64,000 nt of DNA from a phage, in assembly GCA_012411765.1 (NCBI GenBank), contig GCA_012411765.1_3031.1; one strand, written 5' to 3'. The number at the start of each line of letters is the position of its first letter. The first letter of the stretch is position 1. A program made the translations under genes and the position numbers. The notes below the pieces were generated by a model, which saw nothing but the letters and a program-made list of their open reading frames with translations, was not told the origin of the DNA and did no database searches. Positions 22,587 to 32,392 of this stretch are shown here, in pieces.

Positions 22587-22877
22587 TTATTTACGGAATG
22601 AAATGAAAGCAGAAACTGAAGCAACTAAACTGTCTTCAATATAAACTTCAATTTTTACCGGAGCTTCTGACTCGAATTTACCTGTTACTACACCTTGGAA
22701 AATACTTTCAGTTTGTTCTGGCTTTGAAAAATTTTCAGAAGGAAAAATTCCGAACTTTTTATCTGTTCCAAAAATTTTGATAAATTCATCATAAACTGCT
22801 TCATTAAAAGCATTATCAGCAGGAATAACGCCTTCAACTACAAGTTCTTGACCCAAAAAGCGCAAAGAAGATTTCAT
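22587..22877 (-). CDS. Hypothetical protein (96 aa) downstream of alt paralogs
   Basis: ATG-start ORF with its own early promoter. Confidence 0.55.
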   Translation of the reverse strand: MKSSLRFLGQELVVEGVIPADNAFNEAVYDEFIKIFGTDKKFGIFPSENFSKPEQTESIFQGVVTGKFESEAPVKIEVYIEDSLVASVSAFISFRK

Positions 22878-22884
22878 TTTGTGT

Positions 22885-22938
22885 TCCTCATGTTATGTCA
22901 GTAAGTCTACTATAACACAACACGAGGGACTTGTAAAC
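22885..22938 (-). repeat. 54-bp dispersed repeat (promoter-containing), copy 1; copy 2 at 38207-38260
   Basis: tcctcatgttatgtcagtaagtctactataacacaacacgagg(g/a)acttgtaaac present at both loci with one mismatch. Confidence 0.8.
22909..22938 (-). promoter_or_regulatory. Early promoter (GTTTACA-N17-TATAGT), part of a 54-bp repeat shared with the alc promoter
   Basis: Minus-sense GTTTACAagtccctcgtgttgtgtTATAGT upstream of 22877 ATG. Confidence 0.6.
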
Positions 22939-24995
22939 TACATCTTGAACTTTTTAGACATTCCGTTGATGTTAACCAAAGAAGCCAAGATTTGAGAAAC
23001 TTCGTTTTCCTCTTCTTTTGATTCTTCTACAAGGAATTGATTAAATCCAGCCATTGGACGAACTTCACCAGTTTCCATTAAATGGTCGCCATCATATATT
23101 GATTCTTCTAATTGTTCAGAAGGAGGAACGATTGTACCTTCGATTAGATACTTGTTATAAGCAGTTTCTTTCATAAAGTACGTACTTACTTTATTAATCT
23201 TCAGTAAAATTCCACGCGGTAGAATAACTTCAGCTTCTGATGGAAATCCTGATAAATGACCTGGAACGATAACTTTGATTCGCTCAGCTCCTTTAATTAC
23301 CATACCCACGCTAGTTTCAGCATCTTCATTGGCATATGTAGAATGACTACCCATATGCATTAAATCTTCTGCATCAACGGAACCTTCTCCTTCGTCAGAA
23401 AATACTGCGCCGGAATCATCTAGAGCCATATAGTTTTTACCATGCTCACCGAAGATATTTGGTTTAAGTGATGTCGATACGAAGTTCTTGAAATAGAACA
23501 TTTTGTTTTCAATGTTATGACGCAAAGTTTTAAAGGTAACTTCTTGTCCACGGTAAAGTGTAGTTCCTGGAGGAAGAACTGATCCTTTGGCAAAGGCAGA
23601 ATCTAACGTCTCGATGTGCTTAATAGCTCTTTCCATGTATTCTTCACGGGTAGAATCTGGTTTACCCAAAAGGAACGAGTTCATTTCAACATATGAATCT
23701 GCACAATAATCTTCAATTACATCAGATTCAGCCTGAGTCAGTCCTTTTGGAGTTACTTCGGTGCTTGCGTATTCATATGCCTGAGCAGCAGATTCATTAA
23801 TCAATTTATAAATGCCATTCATTACAAATTGAATAATAGCTGTCTTTTCATCTGATGTAGCTTTAGAACCTTTAACTAAATCATTGATAATTTTCTTAAT
23901 AACATCAAAGCTATTAGAAATATTAATGTCAGCAAGATCGCTTAAAATTTTATCAGTTTTATAATCAAAGAATTCTTTATTCTTTAAATATTCTTGAGAA
24001 CCTTGATATGTTATATCGCTCTGCAGCTTGATAGATGGATCGCGTAAACGTGCATGGGCTAATGCAATATGATTTCGGAAACTTTCTAGTTCATAATCAT
24101 TAGATTTAAAACGAGAAGCACTTCTCATACCACCGATAGCTCCTTTGCTGAAGTTTGAACCAATCTGGATAACGCCAGAGTTCATTGGTCCTTCTGCTTT
24201 ATATACCGGAACTTTAGATTCAAACTCTTGATATTTCTTGGCAGCGAAGCTATCGCCCTGAAGTGAAGCATCAACAGTAGAATATTGAGCTTGTGCTGCT
24301 AATCGACGACTAATTTTAGTTTTCTGAATAACAGCTTGATCAGTGCGCTTATCATTTTCTAAAGCAATAGAAGCAGCAACAGCGACAGCTTTAGGAACAG
24401 CATTACCTGTTTTAACGTCTACATAAACATCACCAACCTTTGATTCAACTTTTGTGAATAACTCAGTTGAAATAGGAGGTACACCTGGAATGTCTTCTAA
24501 ATTGGCATTTTTACGGTAAACCATAATATATGCATATTTTTTATCATAGTCCCAGATTTCCTTTAAAAGAACATATCGACCTGCTCCCTTAGTACGTACT
24601 AAACGGTCAGCAATAACTTGCATTTGACGAGCTGCGCCATTTGTTTTACTCTTTAGTACGCGGAATAGGCATGCGTCGATTTTATACTGTTTCATTGTTT
24701 GAAGAGCAGTATCAAAAACGGCATTAATGACACCAATTGGATTTCCACCCAAGTTTTTAAGCTTAACTAATGATAGTTTCTCATTGACACCTATCATTAC
24801 AATATGCATCATTTTATCGCCTGGCTTAACGTTTTTATTTGTATCACCACCAGAGGTGTATGTACAAAATCTAAATCCAGGAAGCACGCTTTCTTCACCG
24901 GCTTGGATAGCAAAAATTTGTGGTATTTTATGCTTAGGATTTAAGTTAACAACCGGCGCCGAAGCGCCGTCAAATAATTCTGTAATAAGTTCCAT
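22938..24995 (-). CDS. Alt-family ADP-ribosyltransferase paralog (685 aa) with N-terminal capsid-targeting sequence
   Basis: N-term MELITELFD; C-terminal R/S-T-S/E-x-E motifs (YRG, FVSTSL, EAEVILPRG). Confidence 0.85.
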   Translation of the reverse strand: MELITELFDGASAPVVNLNPKHKIPQIFAIQAGEESVLPGFRFCTYTSGGDTNKNVKPGDKMMHIVMIGVNEKLSLVKLKNLGGNPIGVINAVFDTALQTMKQYKIDACLFRVLKSKTNGAARQMQVIADRLVRTKGAGRYVLLKEIWDYDKKYAYIMVYRKNANLEDIPGVPPISTELFTKVESKVGDVYVDVKTGNAVPKAVAVAASIALENDKRTDQAVIQKTKISRRLAAQAQYSTVDASLQGDSFAAKKYQEFESKVPVYKAEGPMNSGVIQIGSNFSKGAIGGMRSASRFKSNDYELESFRNHIALAHARLRDPSIKLQSDITYQGSQEYLKNKEFFDYKTDKILSDLADINISNSFDVIKKIINDLVKGSKATSDEKTAIIQFVMNGIYKLINESAAQAYEYASTEVTPKGLTQAESDVIEDYCADSYVEMNSFLLGKPDSTREEYMERAIKHIETLDSAFAKGSVLPPGTTLYRGQEVTFKTLRHNIENKMFYFKNFVSTSLKPNIFGEHGKNYMALDDSGAVFSDEGEGSVDAEDLMHMGSHSTYANEDAETSVGMVIKGAERIKVIVPGHLSGFPSEAEVILPRGILLKINKVSTYFMKETAYNKYLIEGTIVPPSEQLEESIYDGDHLMETGEVRPMAGFNQFLVEESKEEENEVSQILASLVNINGMSKKFKM

Positions 24996-24998
24996 GAT

Positions 24999-27086
24999 TT
25001 ATCCTTGAACGAACTTGTAAGGCATGTTTGTAATATCTATGCAAGACGCAATAATTCCAAGAGATGATTCTACTTTCTGTTTAACATTTGATGAAACAAA
25101 TGATGCAAAGTCAACTCTATCTTCTATATCACCTGTCATTGTAACCAATTCACCAGTTTCCATTAAATGGTCTCCGTCATAGATTACCGATTCGGTGAGT
25201 TCTTCTGTGGTCATAACTTCAGCTTGAATGAGTTTTGTATTATTAGATGTTGTTCCGTCATTATTAGAAGCATCAGTTATTTTATTAACTTTGACCATCA
25301 ATCCGCGCGGTAGAATAACTTCAGCTTCTGTTGCTATTCCGAGACTTCCTGGATATACAACATTAACTTTATGAGCTCCATCAATTGCCCATCCTATTTG
25401 AACTTTAACGTATTCAGGATTTTCTTTATACGCTCTTATTTCGTTTGGATTAATAATTATTCCTTCTTCATTTTTATCAACTGTTAATTCATTGCGAGCT
25501 TCTGGTTCTAAAAGACCAATACCAGCATGTGTGATTCCAAAACGTCCAAAAATGATAGGAGTTAAAGAAGTAGATACAAAATTTCTGAAGTAGAACACTT
25601 TATTTTTAACTAACGCTTCATATATAGGAGCAGTCATACTTTGAGCACGATAAACTGTAATGCCTTCTGGTATACGGTCACCATTTTCAAAAGCTGAATC
25701 TAAGTTATTTATAGCAGATTCAATTTCTTTTTCACTCATTACATCATATCGTTCTGGATTGTAACGACCTAAAAGAAGATTATTGATGTCAGTATATCCT
25801 GAACCGCAATATTCTCTAATGCCACGCTTTTGTGATGGAGTATATTTAGAACCATCACGGGCAATAGTAATATCAATCATTGGACCAGCACCAATTCCAG
25901 AAAAACTGTAAATCATTCGTTTGAGGAATTTAGTTTTTGCTGCGTTCCAGGAATTTTTAGTTATTTCTTCCCAGACTTCATCTGGTTGTCCTTTACGATT
26001 TTTATTATGATTAGCAAGCCATTTATCTTTATAATCTTCAAAGAATTGATTTACAGCTGCTGCGTATTTCTCTAAACATTTTATTGAAGTAGTTGGTTCA
26101 TTTTTAATTGCATTAAAAATTACTTCTTTAATTTTTTCTGAAACTTCACCGACTTGACTCATTGGAAAGAATTTATAATCATAGTGAAGTTCATCTGCCG
26201 TTCCTTCAGCAATAATTTTTGCTGCCTTTGTTTTAGAAGCTAATGAATTAATTCCAATTTTCATTTCTTCTGCTTCGGGAATTAAAGGTGCAGTAGCTGG
26301 TTTATTGAAATTAGCTGCGGTAGATTCATACTTCTGGAATAATTCACTTTCAAATCTAGAAGATTCCAATGATTGACTTTGCGCAATTGCTCTACGGGAA
26401 ATTTTAACTTTAACGATTACAGCTTGGTCAGAACGTTTATCATTTTCTTGTGCAATAGATGCTGCAATTGCCTCATTTTTAGTTACTTGGGCTCCAGTAT
26501 CTTTATTGATATAAACATCGCCGACTTTCGATTCAACTTTAGTAAAGAGCTCGGTACTAATTTCCGGAACTCCTGGAATGTCTTCTAGTGATACATTTTT
26601 GCGATGTATAAGAATATATGCATACTTTTTATCATAATCCCAGAGTTCCTTAAGAAGGACGTATCTGCCACCTGAACGACTACGGATAAGTCTATCAGCA
26701 ATAACTTGAATTTGTCGAGCTTGACCTGCGGTTTTAGACTTAAGAATACGAAGCATACAAGCATCAATTTTATACTGACGCATAGTTTGCATTGCAACAG
26801 TAAAAACTGAATTGATATAATTAATTGGGCTTGGACCAAGACCTTTTAATTTAGCAATTGAACCTTTAGCAGTTAATGTAAAAGGAACAATATGCATCAT
26901 TTTATCGCCCATCTTTAAATCGCGATTAGTATCACCTCCAGATGTATAGGTACATAAACGAAAGCCTGGTTGTTCAATTGCATCATCAACATGAACTGAA
27001 AAAATTTGTGGTATTTTCTTCTTTGGGTTTAAGTTTGTAATCGGAAGAGTAGTATCTTCGTCAAATAATTCTGTAATGAGTTCCAT
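24999..27086 (-). CDS. alt: Alt ADP-ribosyltransferase (695 aa from second ATG; track ORF begins MM at 27089)
   Basis: N-term MELITELFDEDTTLPIT; R-S-E motifs (YRA, FVSTSL, EAEVILPRG); late promoter upstream. Confidence 0.85.
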   Translation of the reverse strand: MELITELFDEDTTLPITNLNPKKKIPQIFSVHVDDAIEQPGFRLCTYTSGGDTNRDLKMGDKMMHIVPFTLTAKGSIAKLKGLGPSPINYINSVFTVAMQTMRQYKIDACMLRILKSKTAGQARQIQVIADRLIRSRSGGRYVLLKELWDYDKKYAYILIHRKNVSLEDIPGVPEISTELFTKVESKVGDVYINKDTGAQVTKNEAIAASIAQENDKRSDQAVIVKVKISRRAIAQSQSLESSRFESELFQKYESTAANFNKPATAPLIPEAEEMKIGINSLASKTKAAKIIAEGTADELHYDYKFFPMSQVGEVSEKIKEVIFNAIKNEPTTSIKCLEKYAAAVNQFFEDYKDKWLANHNKNRKGQPDEVWEEITKNSWNAAKTKFLKRMIYSFSGIGAGPMIDITIARDGSKYTPSQKRGIREYCGSGYTDINNLLLGRYNPERYDVMSEKEIESAINNLDSAFENGDRIPEGITVYRAQSMTAPIYEALVKNKVFYFRNFVSTSLTPIIFGRFGITHAGIGLLEPEARNELTVDKNEEGIIINPNEIRAYKENPEYVKVQIGWAIDGAHKVNVVYPGSLGIATEAEVILPRGLMVKVNKITDASNNDGTTSNNTKLIQAEVMTTEELTESVIYDGDHLMETGELVTMTGDIEDRVDFASFVSSNVKQKVESSLGIIASCIDITNMPYKFVQG

Positions 27087-27109
27087 CATATCCTCTCTAG
27101 TGTTTATTC

Positions 27110-27117
27110 TATTTATA
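27110..27117 (-). promoter_or_regulatory. Late promoter TATAAATA upstream of alt
   Basis: Complement of TATTTATA about 20 nt upstream of alt start. Confidence 0.5.
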
Positions 27118-27138
27118 AAATTAAAGGCCCGAAGGCCT

Positions 27139-27327
27139 TTAGTAATCTAGTGGTAAGAGAGTACGATATATTTCAAACTTTGGTCCTTTTTCATAAGCAT
27201 CAAAAGTTTCTGTGAATTTATTATAAGCATATGCATCTATAAATTCAATCATGATTTGTGATACAGAAGTAGAAACATCTCCACCTTCTTTTTGAGCCAC
27301 GACAATTGTTTCTAAGTAAGCTTTCAT
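27139..27327 (-). CDS. Hypothetical small protein (62 aa) between gp30 and alt
   Basis: ATG start overlapping ligase stop (ATGA). Confidence 0.5.
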   Translation of the reverse strand: MKAYLETIVVAQKEGGDVSTSVSQIMIEFIDAYAYNKFTETFDAYEKGPKFEIYRTLLPLDY

Positions 27328-28787
27328 AGACCAGTTACCTCATGAAAATCACCAAATACATCTTCGAATGTATTAGCTTTAGTTTTATCTTCACGTAAAC
27401 GAATCGCAATCGGAAGAAATAATTTAACGTAATCCGTGCGGCCATCGGATTTTAACCAACCGTTGCATTCGCACTCTAGAATTTTTCCAATATAATAATT
27501 TTGGTTTTCCATAATGCGAGTACGGTCAAGTTCATGTGATTTTACGCCGGCTTTATCTTTTAAGCCTGAACCCGCATTTACTTTAATTTTTCCACACTCT
27601 GACTCAAGAATAAATCCACCCGCTTTAGTAGGGTCTTTACGGTGAGGATAAATTCCTACAATTTTTAAATCAACATCAATTACTTCTTTAAATTTATAGA
27701 GATTTTTTGAACGAGCATTTTCCCATAATCCATCGATATTTTTGAGAATAATACCTTCAAGACCTTGGTCAATATACTTTTTATAAATTACCTTAGCTTC
27801 ATCTAGGTTATTTACTACTTGGTTTTCAATTAAAATTACTTTATCATATCCTGATGTCATTTGTTCTAATTTAGAAAAACGTACATCATATTTTAAACGA
27901 AATGCTGGAAGACCGTATATTTCTACCAACGGAACATAATCCCAGACCTGAAACTTCATGCATTGAGCTTCTTTTTCTGAAATAGTTCCCTTTAAAGATT
28001 TATTAGCGATTCCATTAGAAGTAGTACGTGATTCAGCTACTTCAGCAAACTCTTTAGCTTTACTAATTTCAGGATAAGCATCAAAAAGAAAATCTAGGCC
28101 TTCTGGCTCCTTTTTAACTTGCTCATGGTATACCAATTCGCCATCAATTAACACACCTTCTGGATGAATCTGGCGGGCTTCAGCGGTCATTTTGATTAAC
28201 TCTTCCTTAAGAAGATCTAATCCTAGATATTCATTACCAGCTCGTGATAAAAGACGGACATCATCTAATTCATCACCTCTAACTTCAGCAAAACACCGAG
28301 CTCCATCTGCTTTTAATTGTGCAAAGGCTGGAAATTTGATATTCTTACTAATGCCTTTTTCATCATAAGAACTTGCGAGCATTTGAGGTTGTTCAGGAAT
28401 TAAACCTGGCCAAACTTTGTTTGCAATAGATACTGAAGCACCACATTCAAGGTCTCGCATCATCACTCGACGCAAAACTTCAACATCATCTTTTTTACCG
28501 TCAGTAATATAACCTACTAATTCCTCAATTGCCGCATTTCCGGTCAATTTCCGAGTAGCTAACGTAAATTCAATGAAGTCAAGCATATCAGTAAGAGTCA
28601 ACATTCCAAAACTCTGGGTAGCAATACCAGATTTAGGCCATTTCTTGATATAATACTGCAACCCACGAGAATAAGTCAGACGATATACTCGTTTAAGCAA
28701 TTCATTATCTTTATTCTTTTCAAGAATTGCTTGCTTCTGCTTAGTTGAACCAATAGATGCTATTTCGTTCAGAATTTTAAGAATCAT
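27324..28787 (-). CDS. 30: ATP-dependent DNA ligase gp30 (487 aa)
   Basis: 487 aa; adenylation motif KADGAR; matches T4 DNA ligase. Confidence 0.97.
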   Translation of the reverse strand: MILKILNEIASIGSTKQKQAILEKNKDNELLKRVYRLTYSRGLQYYIKKWPKSGIATQSFGMLTLTDMLDFIEFTLATRKLTGNAAIEELVGYITDGKKDDVEVLRRVMMRDLECGASVSIANKVWPGLIPEQPQMLASSYDEKGISKNIKFPAFAQLKADGARCFAEVRGDELDDVRLLSRAGNEYLGLDLLKEELIKMTAEARQIHPEGVLIDGELVYHEQVKKEPEGLDFLFDAYPEISKAKEFAEVAESRTTSNGIANKSLKGTISEKEAQCMKFQVWDYVPLVEIYGLPAFRLKYDVRFSKLEQMTSGYDKVILIENQVVNNLDEAKVIYKKYIDQGLEGIILKNIDGLWENARSKNLYKFKEVIDVDLKIVGIYPHRKDPTKAGGFILESECGKIKVNAGSGLKDKAGVKSHELDRTRIMENQNYYIGKILECECNGWLKSDGRTDYVKLFLPIAIRLREDKTKANTFEDVFGDFHEVTGL

Positions 28788-29053
28788 TGTTCATCCTTTA
28801 GAGTTTGGTTTACAGCTCTATTATAAATCAATTCATCATTAAGCTCAGTCAAAGACCTATGATATGTGGTTCTAACTTTATTTCCTTGCATCCAGTGCTT
28901 GACGTAAATGAAACCTTGCTCTACACATTTTTTAAAAATTCGTTCGTCTTTTTGAGCTCGGAATTCTGGATTGCATCTAAAAAATTGATTTACGTGACCG
29001 TAATCACGTGTAGTATTACCTTCATTTTCATAAATAGTGTGAACAACAAACAT
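28784..29053 (-). CDS. 30.1: Hypothetical protein
   Basis: ATG-start ORF upstream of ligase, overlapping junctions. Confidence 0.6.
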   Translation of the reverse strand: MFVVHTIYENEGNTTRDYGHVNQFFRCNPEFRAQKDERIFKKCVEQGFIYVKHWMQGNKVRTTYHRSLTELNDELIYNRAVNQTLKDEQ

Positions 29054-29889
29054 TAGAATGCTCCTTGGAAAATATTATCACCACAAGTAGGTCTATTATA
29101 CAAATACTCTATACCACCGGGTTTAATATAGTTACATGTCTGAAACGGATGCGTCTGATATGGATGATATGGATTATAAGGATTAAATCCAGGAGTTCTC
29201 CAGGTAGTGTTCCAACGAAAAGAATCATTTTTAATCATCTTCTCGATTGTATCTTTTATAGCTTTTTCACGATCAAAACTTTCTTTATTTTCCTTCAATG
29301 GAAAAAGCTTATTCTCTACATCATTCCATGTATAAACTCGCTGTGCAGTTTTTGGAATACTGTCACGCTCTCCTCGAGCCATCCAATACACAGGAACACG
29401 TAATATTTCACTCGCATGATCGCAGTGGTGAGCGAGATCGTCAATATAACAAATTACGTTATATTTCTCTTTTGCCTTTTTGAACAACTCTTCTTTTGAA
29501 GAATCATGACCACACATCATTACTTCTGAGAAGGCACCAGGAAAAAGAGCATTCAAATTAAATTGACGATTCAACAGAGCGTCAATAGAATCACCCAATG
29601 CTGTAACAGCTACAAAATTATAATCTTCTTTTAATTTGTTAATTACACACAGAGCATCTTTATATGGAGACAAGTAACGAATAAAATCTGATCGATTGTA
29701 TTTTTCAATTAGCTTAACGCCAAGTTCTTCATCACAGTTAAAGAGTTTACCAGGAGAAATAAATTTCTCATCTTGGATCATTTTTAAAATATGTTCTAAC
29801 GGAAGATTATATTTCTGAGCAAAATAAGGAAGGCCTGATTGCCAGCTTAAACATACTCCATCAATATCAGTTAAAATAGTAGGCTTCAT
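29053..29889 (-). CDS. 30.2: HAD-superfamily-like phosphatase/nucleotidase-like protein (278 aa)
   Basis: N-terminal ILTDIDGV (DxDG HAD motif I). Confidence 0.65.
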   Translation of the reverse strand: MKPTILTDIDGVCLSWQSGLPYFAQKYNLPLEHILKMIQDEKFISPGKLFNCDEELGVKLIEKYNRSDFIRYLSPYKDALCVINKLKEDYNFVAVTALGDSIDALLNRQFNLNALFPGAFSEVMMCGHDSSKEELFKKAKEKYNVICYIDDLAHHCDHASEILRVPVYWMARGERDSIPKTAQRVYTWNDVENKLFPLKENKESFDREKAIKDTIEKMIKNDSFRWNTTWRTPGFNPYNPYHPYQTHPFQTCNYIKPGGIEYLYNRPTCGDNIFQGAF

Positions 29890-30344
29890 AGAGAGTCTCT
29901 TAATAGGTTTAACACATCAATAAATTCAGCTTCGGTTAGTATTGTATCATCTTTTGTTAGACCACTAGCCATGCTGTGCTTCAAAACTTTTCCTTTCGAG
30001 GCTTGTAATGCATCACGAAAGCCCTTGTTTTGGATCGCTGCTTCAAAATATGCATTTGTGTATAATTCTTTCCACGCCGGAGAGTATCTTGAAAATGGAA
30101 CTCCAAGCCAGAAGAGGGTCCCATGGTCCTGAGCTCTAGCATAAGACCTTCCAGCTTGTTGGGCGGCAAGCCCGGATAATCCAAATATACGACGTTGTTG
30201 TTCAACGTTTTTCACCTTACATCCTTGGAGGAATCCTTCGAGACCTCCGAATTGAATACCATCCATGACGAAAGGCCATTGGGCAAAATTACTTAATGCG
30301 CATGATGGCCATCTAAAATTACTTCTAATCTCTAACTCAGACAT
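29886..30344 (-). CDS. 30.3: Hypothetical protein (track start 30350 is TTG; ATG at 30344)
   Basis: ORF in T4 30.3 position. Confidence 0.55.
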   Translation of the reverse strand: MSELEIRSNFRWPSCALSNFAQWPFVMDGIQFGGLEGFLQGCKVKNVEQQRRIFGLSGLAAQQAGRSYARAQDHGTLFWLGVPFSRYSPAWKELYTNAYFEAAIQNKGFRDALQASKGKVLKHSMASGLTKDDTILTEAEFIDVLNLLRDSL

Positions 30345-30400
30345 TTTCAATGCTTATAATTTCAACATCAGCCCAATGACCATAGCAAGGAAGACGAAAT

Positions 30401-30529
30401 TCAACTGGCCTCTAATATAATAGACTTAACTTGTGGTTCTTCGTGTTCATCAGTATACGGATTTTTATCTGTTACTTTATATGTGACCTTAATGTACTGA
30501 ATTCCAAAAATCTTATTAATTATATTCAT
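30401..30529 (-). CDS. Small ORF (42 aa), T4 30.3' position; not in ORF track
   Basis: Hand translation MNIINKIFGIQYIKVTYKVTDKNPYTDEHEEPQVKSIILEAS; ATG overlaps stop of upstream ORF (ATGA). Confidence 0.35.
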   Translation of the reverse strand: MNIINKIFGIQYIKVTYKVTDKNPYTDEHEEPQVKSIILEAS

Positions 30530-30723
30530 ACTAATTCCTTTAATCCGTAAATAGGAGATAATTCATCACCCATACGAAGGTCTTCATTTCCATCTACCCA
30601 GGAAACAATATAAGCCTCTTTTATTTGAATACCACTCCATTTAAATGGAGGTAGAACCTTAGAAATTAATCCAGGTATACCAACTCCCTTTAATTCAACG
30701 GTTTGACCTAAAAAGAATTTCAT
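30526..30723 (-). CDS. 30.4: Hypothetical protein (65 aa)
   Basis: ATG start overlapping upstream stop. Confidence 0.5.
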   Translation of the reverse strand: MKFFLGQTVELKGVGIPGLISKVLPPFKWSGIQIKEAYIVSWVDGNEDLRMGDELSPIYGLKELV

Positions 30724-31010
30724 TAAAACCTCATCTGAAAACCGTGCGATTTAACGTTACCGCCGCCAATATCAGAAATGTTAATTTCACGCGCAATTGA
30801 AGGGTCAATATCAATTTCACGATTGAGTTTAGTGATAGCTAAAGTATCGCGCCCATTTACAGTACGAAACTCTAAAGGACAAACCACATCAACGTAGTTT
30901 TTAATCGATTCGCTAGTAGGCTGCAAATGAGCAGGAAGGTCTTTAGGCGCCTTTGAGAAAACCACTTCGCAGAAATTTTTGCGGGTATCAAAATAAGTAG
31001 TCATAAACAT
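30723..31010 (-). CDS. 30.5: Hypothetical protein (95 aa)
   Basis: ATG start with AAGGA upstream. Confidence 0.55.
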   Translation of the reverse strand: MFMTTYFDTRKNFCEVVFSKAPKDLPAHLQPTSESIKNYVDVVCPLEFRTVNGRDTLAITKLNREIDIDPSIAREINISDIGGGNVKSHGFQMRF

Positions 31011-31051
31011 AATATTTTCCTTAGTAAGGGGCCGAAGCCCCCCATTTTATT

Positions 31052-31417
31052 TTAAATATCAAATTCATTAAGAACTACATCAAAGATTGCTTCCAAGTGC
31101 TCAGGTTTAGCTTTGTTACTCAGAATATGACGAATCCAAGTTTTAACTAAGAGTTTACGATTAACGCCATTCCAGCAAGGATGAGTCCCTAAATCGCGTT
31201 GACGGAAATCATCATCCAGAGCGATTTTGAAGTTGGAACCTTCCATTGTGATTGAAACCGTGATACCGTTTTCAAATCGCATATAAACGTAGTTAGGAGT
31301 CATATACTGTTCAATTTCGCATACTGATCCATTTTGATGTTTCCAAAGGCAAATAGTATTAATAGAACCTGCAATACCATTAGAAACATATTTACGTTCA
31401 AAGTTGATGTAGTTCAT
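31052..31417 (-). CDS. 30.6: Hypothetical protein (121 aa from ATG; track start 31429 is TTG)
   Basis: GGAGAATAAA-ATG Shine-Dalgarno context at internal ATG. Confidence 0.6.
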   Translation of the reverse strand: MNYINFERKYVSNGIAGSINTICLWKHQNGSVCEIEQYMTPNYVYMRFENGITVSITMEGSNFKIALDDDFRQRDLGTHPCWNGVNRKLLVKTWIRHILSNKAKPEHLEAIFDVVLNEFDI

Positions 31418-31484
31418 TTTATTCTCCAAGATGTTTAATTGCGGTACAGGTATATAATATCATATCCTGTACCAAAGTAAACAA

Positions 31485-31817
31485 TTATTTTACTACTTTC
31501 CAATGCTGCATGTCAAGTTTACCAACTTTTTTCATCTTCTCAATTAATCGTTCTGCGCGTTGGCGAGCTGTAACATAATACCATTCACCTAATTCATTTT
31601 GTTCAATTTTTCCAACGATTACTGTATTCAATTCATAAATCCAACCAGTAAAGAAATTATGAACTTGAATTGTAAAGGTGAAATCTGTTCCCATACCTTC
31701 TGTTGTTTCTACTTCAATAATATCACCTTCAACTGCCATTAAGAACCACATAGTTTCATTATATTTACCATTGAAGCATTTAGTTTTAACTGCAGCGTTC
31801 AGATTAATCGTTTTCAT
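31485..31817 (-). CDS. 30.7: Hypothetical protein (110 aa)
   Basis: ATG start; early promoter GTTTACA-N17-TAGTAT upstream. Confidence 0.6.
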   Translation of the reverse strand: MKTINLNAAVKTKCFNGKYNETMWFLMAVEGDIIEVETTEGMGTDFTFTIQVHNFFTGWIYELNTVIVGKIEQNELGEWYYVTARQRAERLIEKMKKVGKLDMQHWKVVK

Positions 31818-31927
31818 TTTATTCTCCTTTGTTTGTGTAAGATAATACTATCACAAAGGAACCATATTGTAAACAACTTTGTGCAATCTTTGGAAAATAA
31901 AAAAGGACTCCCGAAGGAGTCCTCAAC

Positions 31928-32146
31928 TTATGCTTTCTGCTTACCAAAACGAGAAGCATCATCTCGAAGAACCGCACGTGCTCGGCGCATGATCTTCTCA
32001 ACAGTTTGATTGATACGAGAGTTCGACCCACGCTTGTAGCCAGCGCGTTTAGAATCACCAACTTTCTTTTCAACTGCTTTCTTTGCTTTAACTTGTTTTG
32101 CCATTATAAATTCTCTTTTAAATGAAAATGCAGGACTTATTGGCAT
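31928..32146 (-). CDS. 30.8: Small highly basic protein (start ambiguous: ATG 32146 or 32104)
   Basis: K/R-rich ORF MAKQVKAKKAVEKKVGDSKRAGYKRG. Confidence 0.5.
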   Translation of the reverse strand: MPISPAFSFKREFIMAKQVKAKKAVEKKVGDSKRAGYKRGSNSRINQTVEKIMRRARAVLRDDASRFGKQKA

Positions 32147-32325
32147 TGCCTGCGCAAGCCCTCAAGGGGGTACTTAGGTTTTGAATATTTACCGACAGGA
32201 TAACCATAAACCTCGTCATCATACCACCAAGACTTACACAGATAACACTTTTCTGACGCATGATAGTAACATTCAAGAGGTACACCGTAAAACTGCCGGG
32301 GTCTTAAAACTATAATGATTCGCAA
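32137..32325 (-). CDS. 30.9: Small Cys-rich hypothetical protein; only a TTG start available
   Basis: ORF in T4 30.9 position; weak start. Confidence 0.4.
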   Translation of the reverse strand: MRIIIVLRPRQFYGVPLECYYHASEKCYLCKSWWYDDEVYGYPVGKYSKPKYPLEGLRRQCQ

Positions 32326-32392
32326 ATCATTAATCAGACAGTTCGACGGCTCCTCGATTTAGCTCACACTAAGGCAGTGAATCTCCAATAAA

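Noticed and set aside
31819-32073. 84-aa minus-strand ORF overlapping the 30.7-30.8 interval
   Set aside because: Overlaps the promoter region and the 30.8 ORF in another frame; no ribosome-binding site.
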